Translations under genes and position numbers: made by a program
Part shown: positions 38,007 to 45,939 of the stretch, one piece after another
How the letters are laid out: each line of letters starts with the position of its first letter
Position numbering within the stretch: position 1 is the first letter of the stretch
Assembly: GCA_043823745.1 (NCBI GenBank)
Contig: JBDRAN010000016.1
Coordinates: forward strand, 1,243 to 65,242
Reading direction: 5' to 3'
Length of the DNA: 64,000 nucleotides
Source: Candidatus Omnitrophota bacterium
Lineage (GTDB): Bacteria; Omnitrophota; Gorgyraeia; Duberdicusellales; 4484-171
The notes under the pieces: model-generated
Databases searched by the model: none
Seen by the model: the letters and a program-made list of their open reading frames with translations, nothing else
What the model was told of the DNA's origin: nothing

Positions 38007-38533
38007 TGATCGTGATATTGTTCAACTTATTTCTTGCTTTTCTAAGGGTTGGGTTATGCGCCGTCGGCGGCGCGTATTCCTTTTTACCTTTAATCGAGAA
38101 AGAGGTTGTACAGCGGTATCACTGGCTTAGCGGCGAGGAATTTTTGGATGTGCAAGGTATAACCCAGGTGTTCCCGGGGGCTATTTCCATTAAGTATGCC
38201 ACCTATACCGGATACAAGATGGGAGGTATTTGGGGGGTAATCCTGGCAAATCTGGGTAATATTTTAGCCCCGACGCTTCTGATAATTTTTGCTTCGGCTC
38301 TTTATGTCCGGTATAAGAATGCCCCGGTGCTTAAAGGTTCTTTTGATGCTATCCGCCTTTGCGCTTTTGCCATGCTTATTGCGGTCGCCTTTCAGACAAT
38401 AAATGTGCGCAGCTTAATACACACAAGAAGCATTCTCATCGTTGTCTTATCGTTTGCTATTTTTATTTTCACCAAGATTCATCCTGCAATAGTCATAATT
38501 GTGGCAGCAATTATAGGGGGGGTCTGGAGATGA
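38003..38533 (+). CDS. chromate-transporter (ChrA) family half-size membrane protein
   Basis: LRVGLCAVGGAYSFLPLIEKEVVQRYHWLSGEEFLDVQGITQVFPGAISIKYATYTGY matches the CHR family signature region. 176 aa. Confidence 0.6.
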   Translation: MMIVILFNLFLAFLRVGLCAVGGAYSFLPLIEKEVVQRYHWLSGEEFLDVQGITQVFPGAISIKYATYTGYKMGGIWGVILANLGNILAPTLLIIFASALYVRYKNAPVLKGSFDAIRLCAFAMLIAVAFQTINVRSLIHTRSILIVVLSFAIFIFTKIHPAIVIIVAAIIGGVWR

Positions 38534-38976
38534 GTAAGGGCGTTCGTATGATCGATATAGGCAAAAAAGCCGTGACCTTACGGGAAGCGTGCGCCGCGGC
38601 GCGCATTCGTCTGAAGCCGCAAACAATAACGCTAATCAGAGAAAAAAAGATTCCTAAGGGTGATATCTTTACCCTGGCCCAATGCGCCGGAATCCTGGCA
38701 GCCAAGAAAGTCGATGAATTAATACCTCTGTGTCATCCCCTGGCTCTTGAGCATACTGATATACGTTTTACCTTAGAGAAGGAAGGGGTTGCAATTCTTG
38801 TCCGATGCAGAACAAGATCAAAAACAGGCGTAGAGATGGAGGCCATGGTTGCCTGTTCCCTTGCGGCTTTAACCATATATGATATGTGTAAGTCGGTTGA
38901 CCGGGGCGCGGTTATCGAAGAGATAAAGCTAATGGAGAAAAAAGGTGGAAAGAGCGGGCACTACAAAAGAAGATAG
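38530..38976 (+). CDS. moaC: cyclic pyranopterin monophosphate synthase MoaC
   Basis: MSKGVRMIDIGKK…LIPLCHPLALEHTDIRF…EMEAMVACSLAALTIYDMCK is the MoaC core. RBS gggggg upstream of ATG 38530. The track ORF start 38359 lies in the upstream gene frame region. Confidence 0.8.
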   Translation: MSKGVRMIDIGKKAVTLREACAAARIRLKPQTITLIREKKIPKGDIFTLAQCAGILAAKKVDELIPLCHPLALEHTDIRFTLEKEGVAILVRCRTRSKTGVEMEAMVACSLAALTIYDMCKSVDRGAVIEEIKLMEKKGGKSGHYKRR

Positions 38977-39418
38977 CGGAAACGCTACGGTCAGAGCGAT
39001 TTGTGTTTCAGGAGAGAAAGGCGTACAAAAACAGAGTGTCGGCACGGGTATTCTTAAAGAAAATTTTGGTATCATAAACGATGCTCATGCCGGGTCGTTG
39101 CGCCAGGTAAGCCTTTTGGCTGAAGAGTCTATAGAGAGAATGAAAGATAAAGGTTTAACCGTAACGTTCGGTGATTTTGCCGAGAATATCGTCACGAGGG
39201 GGATCGATTTAAAAATCTTGGCACTCGCCACAAAGATTAAGATAGGGGGGGGAGCAATTCTGGAAGTAACACAGATCGGCAAAACGTGTGTATCACGGTG
39301 CGCTATTTATTATAAAACAGGAAATTGTATAATGCCAAAGGAAGGCATTTTTGCTAAAGTAACAAAAGGTGGTATAATTAAAGTCGGCGATCGATTGGAG
39401 GTGATAAAAGATGTATAA
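38945..39418 (+). CDS. MOSC-domain protein (YiiM-like)
   Basis: …GILKENFGIINDAHAG…VTFGDFAENIVTRGIDL…GAILEVTQIGKTCVSRCAIY… is the MOSC beta-barrel with conserved Cys. The start is uncertain because it overlaps the moaC 3' end. Confidence 0.6.
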   Translation: MERAGTTKEDSGNATVRAICVSGEKGVQKQSVGTGILKENFGIINDAHAGSLRQVSLLAEESIERMKDKGLTVTFGDFAENIVTRGIDLKILALATKIKIGGGAILEVTQIGKTCVSRCAIYYKTGNCIMPKEGIFAKVTKGGIIKVGDRLEVIKDV

Positions 39419-39887
39419 AGTAGCGGTATTGACAATCAGCGACAAATGTTCCTTGGGGCAGCGGGAAGATAAAAGCGGAAAAATCGTGCAAGAACTTATC
39501 GGGCAACTTCCCGCCGAAATAGTAAGGTATGAGATTATACCCGATGAGCCGGAATTGATTAAGAAAAAATTAATTGATTATTGCGACAACCTTAAGGTGG
39601 ATTTGGTCCTAACCGACGGGGGGACGGGGTTTACCGCCCGAGACTTTACCCCTGAGGCGACAAAAGAGATTATCGAAAGAGAAGTTCCCGGAATACCCGA
39701 GGCAATGCGGACGGAGTGCCTCAAGATTACTAAAAAGGCGATGTTGTCCCGGGGGAGGTCCGGTATTAGAGGAAAGACTTTAATTATCAATCTGCCGGGG
39801 AGTTCTCGCGGCGCACAAGAGTCTCTGGAGGCCATTATGGGCGGTCTTGCCCACGGCCTTGATATGATTGCCGAAAAGCAGCATTGA
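39411..39887 (+). CDS. mogA: molybdopterin adenylyltransferase MogA/MoaB
   Basis: MYKVAVLTISDKCS…DLVLTDGGTGFTARDFTPEATKE…GIPEAMR; MoCF-binding domain, 158 aa. Confidence 0.8.
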   Translation: MYKVAVLTISDKCSLGQREDKSGKIVQELIGQLPAEIVRYEIIPDEPELIKKKLIDYCDNLKVDLVLTDGGTGFTARDFTPEATKEIIEREVPGIPEAMRTECLKITKKAMLSRGRSGIRGKTLIINLPGSSRGAQESLEAIMGGLAHGLDMIAEKQH

Positions 39888-41242
39888 GAGGGATGAAAGA
39901 TCTTAATTCGTGCACGGGGCTTGTTGAAAGGCTTTTCTGGTTGGTGAAGTTACGATGGATTGCGGTAGCCGGCGTGCTATTGACTATCCTATTGACGAGC
40001 AGAGTTTTTAGATTTGTTTTGCCGTTCTTCTCTCTTTTCCTGCTGGCCTTTTTTCTTATTATTTGTAATTTAGTTTATATCGTGCTGCTGAAACGTTATT
40101 CTTCCGTATGTAAACGTTTTGATCCTCATCTGCCGGATGTGTGGTCATTCGGAATCATTAACGGAATTGCCAACATTCAGATTTCCTTCGATTTGCTTAT
40201 TCTTATGGCCCTTATTCATTTCTCCGGGGGCATAGAAAATCCTTTCTTATTTTATTCTATCTTCCACATGACTATTGCTAGTATTCTCCTTTCCCGTTGG
40301 GAAAGTTTTCTACAGGCAACGTTGGCTGTGTCTTTTTTTAGCATTATGGTAGTTTCGGAATATTCGGGGGTCCTGCCGCATTATTCCTTAACAGGATTTA
40401 TGGCTGTTGGTCAGTATAAAAATCTTGGTTACGTTGGAGGAATTTCTTTTGTTTTTGTTACTACTTTGTACATTGCGGTTTACATGGCGACTTCCATTGC
40501 ACGTAGGTTGAGGCAACGCGAAAGGTTACTAAGACAAGCCAATGTGCTGCTTAACGAAAAGGATCGTGCCAAGAGTGAATACGTTGTGCGAGTTTCTCAC
40601 GATATTAAGGAGGACTTGGCTGCGATTCAGAGTTGCCTTGAGCCTGTTGAAGGAGGAATAACAGGGGAGCTTAATTCGCGACAGAAGGATTTGATTTCAA
40701 GGGCCGTGCATAGGACTCAAAAACTTCTTTTTTTTGTCAAAGCGCTCCTGGAGATAACGCGTATCCGGTTGAGCCAAGAAATAAAAATGGACTATTTTTC
40801 TTTTAAGGAGATAGTTTCGGAGGCAGTCGGCCAGATTTCTTCGAAGGCCAAAGCAAAAAATATATCGGTAACTGCGTTTGTGGAGCCTACAATAGATAAA
40901 ATCAGGGGAGCAAAAGAATACTTGCAGGAAACAATCACGAATCTTTTGGCAAATTCGGTAAAATATACACCCAGTGAAGGAAGGATTAATATTCATGTTA
41001 CCGACAAAGGCAATTCAATACTTATGAAGATTGAAGATACCGGTATTGGTATTCCCAAAGACGATATGCCTAAGATATTCGATGAGTTTTACAGGGCTTC
41101 AAATGCAAAAGAGGTGGAGAGAGACGGTACGGGGCTGGGCTTATCCATTGCCAAACAGGTTATAGAAAGACATAACGGAAAGATTTGGGTTGAATCGAAA
41201 GAGGGGCACGGTAGCGCATTTTATATTTTGTTGTCGAAATAG
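39884..41242 (+). CDS. membrane-anchored sensor histidine kinase (HisKA + HATPase_c)
   Basis: Multi-TM N-terminal sensor. H-box VSHDIKEDLAAIQS. ATPase motifs NLLANSVKYT and DTGIGIP…GTGLGLSIAKQV. Confidence 0.8.
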   Translation: MRGMKDLNSCTGLVERLFWLVKLRWIAVAGVLLTILLTSRVFRFVLPFFSLFLLAFFLIICNLVYIVLLKRYSSVCKRFDPHLPDVWSFGIINGIANIQISFDLLILMALIHFSGGIENPFLFYSIFHMTIASILLSRWESFLQATLAVSFFSIMVVSEYSGVLPHYSLTGFMAVGQYKNLGYVGGISFVFVTTLYIAVYMATSIARRLRQRERLLRQANVLLNEKDRAKSEYVVRVSHDIKEDLAAIQSCLEPVEGGITGELNSRQKDLISRAVHRTQKLLFFVKALLEITRIRLSQEIKMDYFSFKEIVSEAVGQISSKAKAKNISVTAFVEPTIDKIRGAKEYLQETITNLLANSVKYTPSEGRINIHVTDKGNSILMKIEDTGIGIPKDDMPKIFDEFYRASNAKEVERDGTGLGLSIAKQVIERHNGKIWVESKEGHGSAFYILLSK

Positions 41243-41368
41243 ATCAGCAAAGCTGGGTATTAAAGTATGAATGTCTGTCTCTTGAAGGCGGACGTTTTGT
41301 ATATAATTATCTTTCAAATAGCTATATCATTGTTGAGGACAGAAGAAACAAGGCTTGCGCGATAATGT

Positions 41369-43036
41369 TTGTCCGTTCTTCTTCCGTTGCTAATTATTGA
41401 GAAGATGAATATTTTAAAAACTGTAGGCACTCGGGGCATAAAAAAAATTTACACCTCGCCGGTAATCCCTATTTTTATATTCTGCGCTGCAATTGTGTAC
41501 TTTTTTCACTTCGATATCTTTTTGAGCAGTGATTCTGCGTGGAGTGGAATTGCCTCAATGCAACTTCTGCGAAGGGGGTTGCAGTACCTGCCGTATCTTG
41601 ATGCGTGGGGGCTTTCGTATTTATTCGGGTATTATCTGATCCAGTATTTTCTTTTAAATTTATTACAGCAGGGTTTATCTTCCAATTTAATGGAAGCATT
41701 AAACCTTATCACGGGAGCAGTTTCGGTGTGCAATGTAACTCTGATTTATGTTATGTTTCGTAAGATCTCTTTTAACAAAATGCTTTCTTCATGTATGGCA
41801 ATATTCTACTTTTTCATCCCCATGGTATTTCAATTATCGTTGTATACAAATCCGAACACATATTCGCTTTTTTTCTTTATTTCATCGAATATTTTTTTCA
41901 TATCGTACTTGTTGGATTCAAAAAAAACCAATCTTGTTCTATTGTTATTCTTTTCGGTTCTTTCTTTGCTGGTTAGGGTCGATACGATTTTATCTTATTG
42001 TTCTTTTCTGTCATGGGCTTTAGTGCTTAATAAGTCATTTAAAAGAGCATTATTTGTCTGTTTTTTTACGATGTTTGTGTCATTCATTATTTTTGTAATA
42101 ATTCAGAAGTTATTGCTTGGTCAAGGCATATTGGATGGAAGAGCATTTACAGGTTTCTCGTCTCTCGATTACGATTTCTTTAACGTTCGCTCGATGGTCG
42201 TAGCAATCGGACACATTTTCTTTTCAGCGGGAATAGGTTTGGTTTGTATAAGCCTTTTTTTTATTGCTCGCTGTCTGTACCTACGTGATTTTAAAATACC
42301 GCTTGCAACGCTAATCTGGATATTCCCTGTATTGGTTTATATAACAATTATGGCTAAATATCATGTTAGCAGGTACTGCGTGATTTCATTTATTGGATTT
42401 TTATTGCCGGTTGGGTTTATCGCGCGGAGCTTTTGCGGAAGCAAAAAGAAACGGATCGTGATCTTTTTTATTATGATCGGCATTATTGTTTTTGGAAGCA
42501 TGCCGTTGTCATATTTTCTTGTGAAGACTCATTATCCGTTGAGGAAGCATTATAAACCAGGAGAAAGAATCGTTGTTGAATACACTCCCTTAGGTAATAT
42601 ATTTACCAATGCTTACAGTCTGCGAGAGGAGAAGCGTCGTGCATGGTATACTGCCGAACAAGTAATCAGAAAATATAATAAAGTTATTGTGGTGGCTGAT
42701 AATACCTGTATATTGCCTTATATTTATTTTTTGTATTATTTATTTGAAAATGTTGGACAAGAAGAAGTCACGGTGCATACTCGTAGATATACGGCTTTTA
42801 ACAGGGAACTTATTTTTATAGATATAGGTTTGGAGCGTGATAGAACAATAGCGCCACGGTATGATCGAAAAATTGTATTGGATTGTTTGAATAACCCTCT
42901 CTACGATCAATTTGTGTTGCTCGTACCACCGTACATCTGCGAGAGGGATCGACAATTGTGTGACGAGATGGAAAAGAAATGTTCACAAGAAAAAAGAATT
43001 TTGGTTAAAGTTAATGACCCTCATCAAGCGCAATGA
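41369..43036 (+). CDS. large polytopic membrane protein, possibly an ArnT/PMT-like (GT-C fold) glycosyltransferase
   Basis: 555 aa with at least 10 hydrophobic segments and a very AT-rich, Phe/Ile-rich composition unlike neighbouring genes. Family assignment is by architecture only. Confidence 0.3.
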   Translation: MSVLLPLLIIEKMNILKTVGTRGIKKIYTSPVIPIFIFCAAIVYFFHFDIFLSSDSAWSGIASMQLLRRGLQYLPYLDAWGLSYLFGYYLIQYFLLNLLQQGLSSNLMEALNLITGAVSVCNVTLIYVMFRKISFNKMLSSCMAIFYFFIPMVFQLSLYTNPNTYSLFFFISSNIFFISYLLDSKKTNLVLLLFFSVLSLLVRVDTILSYCSFLSWALVLNKSFKRALFVCFFTMFVSFIIFVIIQKLLLGQGILDGRAFTGFSSLDYDFFNVRSMVVAIGHIFFSAGIGLVCISLFFIARCLYLRDFKIPLATLIWIFPVLVYITIMAKYHVSRYCVISFIGFLLPVGFIARSFCGSKKKRIVIFFIMIGIIVFGSMPLSYFLVKTHYPLRKHYKPGERIVVEYTPLGNIFTNAYSLREEKRRAWYTAEQVIRKYNKVIVVADNTCILPYIYFLYYLFENVGQEEVTVHTRRYTAFNRELIFIDIGLERDRTIAPRYDRKIVLDCLNNPLYDQFVLLVPPYICERDRQLCDEMEKKCSQEKRILVKVNDPHQAQ

Positions 43037-43206
43037 TAAAATATCACGTTTATGGGTCATAGCTTATGCGGCGTATACATAATTTGCAGTGGAGATGGGA
43101 GAGCCGGTTAGATTATGCGTATTAAGCTTTAATTGCCACACGCGACAGAATTGATGCGTTGATCATTGGGATACTTTTCATATATTTGCGTTATGGAGGT
43201 TGCAGC

Positions 43207-43300
43207 TTGACATGTGCGTCGAGATATGGTATATAGATAACAACAATGAAGTTACAATGAAGGCAATGAAGCCTCAATGTGTTTAGCATTGAGGCTTTTT
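43207..43300 (+). ncRNA. candidate small RNA with its own promoter and terminator; three CAAUGAAG motifs
   Basis: TTGACA (43207..43212), a 17-nt spacer, then TATATA (43230..43235). About 50 nt later comes an intrinsic terminator gcctcaatg-tgtttag-cattgaggc followed by ttttt (43271..43300). The transcribed portion reads aacaaCAATGAAGttaCAATGAAGgCAATGAAGcctcaatg…. Confidence 0.35.
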
Positions 43301-43316
43301 AGTTTATAGGTGCAAT

Positions 43317-43362
43317 GAAGCCCTTTTGTAAGCAGAGTTTTGCTTATGGAAGGGCTTTTTTT
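43317..43362 (+). terminator. second intrinsic terminator
   Basis: gaagccctt … aagggcttc stem enclosing an inner hairpin, followed by ttttttt. Confidence 0.5.
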
Positions 43363-43700
43363 AATGAGCAGATGCTTTTCTGTTTCTTCGAAACAGAAAA
43401 GCATAGTCCCGCGACAAGCGGGGCGTCTGCGAATTAACTCGACGAGCTTCGGTAAATTTTCAGAGAAAATTTACCCGATATACAGGCGAGTCGAAGACGA
43501 GGAGTAACCGTGAGTTTTGAAGAGTTGTTAATGAGCAGATACTTTTCTGTTTCTTCGAAAACAGAAAAATATAGTCCCGCGATAAGCGGGGCGTCTGCGA
43601 ATTAGTTCGACGAGCTTCGGTAAATTTTCAGAGAAAATTTACTCGATATCCAGGCGAGTCGAAGTCAAGGGGTAACCATGAGCTTTGAAGAGTTATTAAC
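43363..43700 (+). repeat. 167-bp tandem direct duplication (2 copies) of the sigma-factor leader plus first 8 codons
   Basis: Copy 1 is 43363..43529 and copy 2 is 43530..43700, at over 90% identity. Each copy contains three perfect or near-perfect hairpins: cttttctgtttc-ttcgaa-gaaacagaaaag, cccgc-gacaa-gcggg, and ggtaaatttt-cagag-aaaatttacc. Copy 2 ends in ATGAGCTTTGAAGAGTTATTAAC (the sigma gene start). Copy 1 ends in the same sequence with a GTG start. Confidence 0.85.
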
Positions 43701-44196
43701 CAGGATTAAGCCAAAACTACGGGGCATTGCCGTTAAGCTTGATGGCCGGTATACGTCTTTTAATGATGATGACCTTTGTCAGGAGGCGCTGTGTGTTCTT
43801 TGGGAAAAGTATCAGAGAGGCGAACTTTCCAATAAGACCGATAGTTATATTCTGCAGGGTTGTCTTTTCTTTCTGAAGAACTACATTCGCAAGGCATACA
43901 CCAGAATCGATTCGCTTTCAATGAGTCTTGAAAAAACGGTTAATGAAAACGAGGATACGCTCGAAGATTTTGTTCCGGCAGAGGAATCGTGCCCGCAGGT
44001 GCGACGCAGCGGGTATCTTGAGCGTGATATTCGAGCCTATTTGGATGAACGGGAAGCAGTAGTGCTTGCGTTGTATATTCGAGATTTTACCACTCGTGAG
44101 ATCGGTTGCCGGCTTGGCATTTCTCACGTCATGGTGGTTAAGATTATTGCTCGAATTAAGGTAAAATGTTCCGCGCTTAAGGAAGAAATTATGTAG
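43678..44196 (+). CDS. small sigma-70-family RNA polymerase sigma factor (ECF-like, regions 2 and 4)
   Basis: C-terminal region-4 HTH (FTTREIGCRLGISHVMVVKIIARIK) and an N-terminal region-2-like segment. 172 aa. Confidence 0.5.
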   Translation: MSFEELLTRIKPKLRGIAVKLDGRYTSFNDDDLCQEALCVLWEKYQRGELSNKTDSYILQGCLFFLKNYIRKAYTRIDSLSMSLEKTVNENEDTLEDFVPAEESCPQVRRSGYLERDIRAYLDEREAVVLALYIRDFTTREIGCRLGISHVMVVKIIARIKVKCSALKEEIM

Positions 44197-44265
44197 ATAG
44201 TGGTTACCAAGAATTCTTTAAAGTTACTTGTATCATTGTAAAACACAGTGTTGTGTATAAAACAA

Positions 44266-44300
44266 AGCCGTTCTCGATGAAAGAACGGCTTCTCTAATTT
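44266..44300 (+). terminator. probable intrinsic terminator after the sigma-factor gene
   Basis: agccgttct-cgatgaa-agaacggct stem-loop followed by a T-rich tract (tctctaatttt). Confidence 0.45.
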
Positions 44301-44367
44301 TAGACAGCGGCGTCTTTATATCCAGAGGTGGATACCGAGACGCCGTCTTAATTTGTGAGGAGTACTA

Positions 44368-44687
44368 TGAAAAAAGTCGAATGTATTATTCGTCCCGAGT
44401 ATTTAAAAAATCTTACAGATGAGTTGCTTTTAGCCGGTATCGGCGGTATGACCGCCAGCGAGGTTAAAGGATTTGGCAGAGAAGTCACAAGGCCAGAGAA
44501 CTACTTGTTTTTACCCAAGACAAAGATTGAACTCTATATCACTGATGATCAGGTCCAGAGTATAGTTGCTGTTATTAGGCGTTGTTGTAATGACGGTAAG
44601 CTTGGTAGCGGGAAGATCGCTATTATTCCGCTTGAGGGTTGCGTGAGGGTTAGGACTGGAGAAAAAGAAGAAGCAGCTTTATTGTAA
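44368..44687 (+). CDS. nitrogen regulatory protein P-II (GlnB/GlnK family), copy 1
   Basis: MKKVECIIRPE… with T-loop region and C-terminal …GDGKIAIIPLEGCVRVRTGE. RBS gaggag. About 106 aa. Confidence 0.8.
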
Positions 44688-44698
44688 AAAAAGGAGGA

Positions 44699-45490
44699 GT
44701 GATGAGGGTGCGTAAAAAAGTTTTGTTGGCTTGTGTGATGACCTTAATGGGTGGTATGTCATTGTCTGATTATTCATACTCTACGCCTTCGACGCACATC
44801 TGGGCACCATCAACGGATGTCCAGAAGTATGGCGTTATGCATGTAACGAGTGATGCCTACTTTGCATCGGAGCGGGATTCTCTCGGTAACAGGCCCGATA
44901 CTGTTACTAATGTGGGCTTAACAACCGGGGTTTTACCGTTTGAAAGGTTTAATATGGAACTGGGTTTTGACCATAAAAGCGGTTTGGGAGACCTTGACGA
45001 TTACCCCATGTATTTTAATGTAAAGCTCGGGGTTCCTGAAGATTCTTTTTGTAAATTCTTTCCTGCGCTTGCAGTTGGAATCTATGATGTGGGTACCGAG
45101 CGCAATAAGACGAATAATGATGTTTTCTATGGCAAGGTGGCTAAAACGATCTCTATAAACGATTTTTCTTTGGGCAAACTCTCGGCGGGTTATTTCAGAG
45201 GAAATTCAAAGTTACTTTTAAATGGTAACGGGGAAAAAGATAATGATGGGGTATTTGCCGCATGGGAAAGGAATATTCCCGAGATATCTGATCGGTTCTG
45301 GATTTGCGTAGAGTATATGGGTTCAGAAAGTTCCTATGGCGCCTGGAGCTATGGTTTTGCCTGGAAGTTTTCGGATAATGTTTCAGCGCTCCTCGGGTAT
45401 AGTCGCTACAACAATTCCAATCTCGCTGATACGGTTACGCTGCAGGTAGATATTGATTTTGATTTGTTTAGCAAAATCTTTAAGAAATAG
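44699..45490 (+). CDS. hypothetical secreted / outer-membrane-like protein between P-II genes
   Basis: Signal-peptide-like N-terminus (KKVLLACVMTLMGGMSLS). Gly/Tyr/Ser-rich beta-strand-like composition. No family recognised. Confidence 0.35.
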   Translation: MMRVRKKVLLACVMTLMGGMSLSDYSYSTPSTHIWAPSTDVQKYGVMHVTSDAYFASERDSLGNRPDTVTNVGLTTGVLPFERFNMELGFDHKSGLGDLDDYPMYFNVKLGVPEDSFCKFFPALAVGIYDVGTERNKTNNDVFYGKVAKTISINDFSLGKLSAGYFRGNSKLLLNGNGEKDNDGVFAAWERNIPEISDRFWICVEYMGSESSYGAWSYGFAWKFSDNVSALLGYSRYNNSNLADTVTLQVDIDFDLFSKIFKK

Positions 45491-45500
45491 GGAGGCTCGT

Positions 45501-45851
45501 ATGAAAAAAATTGAAGCTATTATCCGTTCAGAAAAAGTTGGCCAGATACGCCAAGCTCTTGAGAAAACAAACTGTACGGGGCTAACCTTGATTCAGGTAG
45601 GCGGGCAGGGGTGTCAAAAAGGTATGGTTCAAAAATGGAAAAATTACGAATACAAAGTTGGTATTTTGCCAAAAACAAAAATAGAAATTGTTGTGGATGA
45701 CGATAGCGTGAAAACCATTGTTGCGGTAATTTGTGAAGCTGCAAAGACCGGTGAATGCGGTGACGGAAAGATATTCATTTATCCGGTAGAAGAAGCGATA
45801 CGGGTACGCACCGGAGAAACCGGACTCGCGGTGCTTTCGTCTGATAAGTGA
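45501..45851 (+). CDS. nitrogen regulatory protein P-II, copy 2
   Basis: MKKIEAIIRSEKV…GDGKIFIYPVEEAIRVRTGE. RBS gggagg. The track ORF start 45453 is not preferred. Confidence 0.8.
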   Translation: MKKIEAIIRSEKVGQIRQALEKTNCTGLTLIQVGGQGCQKGMVQKWKNYEYKVGILPKTKIEIVVDDDSVKTIVAVICEAAKTGECGDGKIFIYPVEEAIRVRTGETGLAVLSSDK

Positions 45852-45939
45852 GCCAGGAGCATGCATGCAAAGAAAATTACATATTTTATTGTTTGGGTTT
45901 ACTCGGTTCGATAAACAAACCAATTAAAAGGAGGGTTAC

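Noticed and set aside
38359-38529. N-terminal 57 codons of the track ORF preceding MoaC
   Set aside because: The MoaC homology starts at MSKGVRMIDIG (38530) with its own RBS. The upstream codons overlap the ChrA-like gene in another frame.
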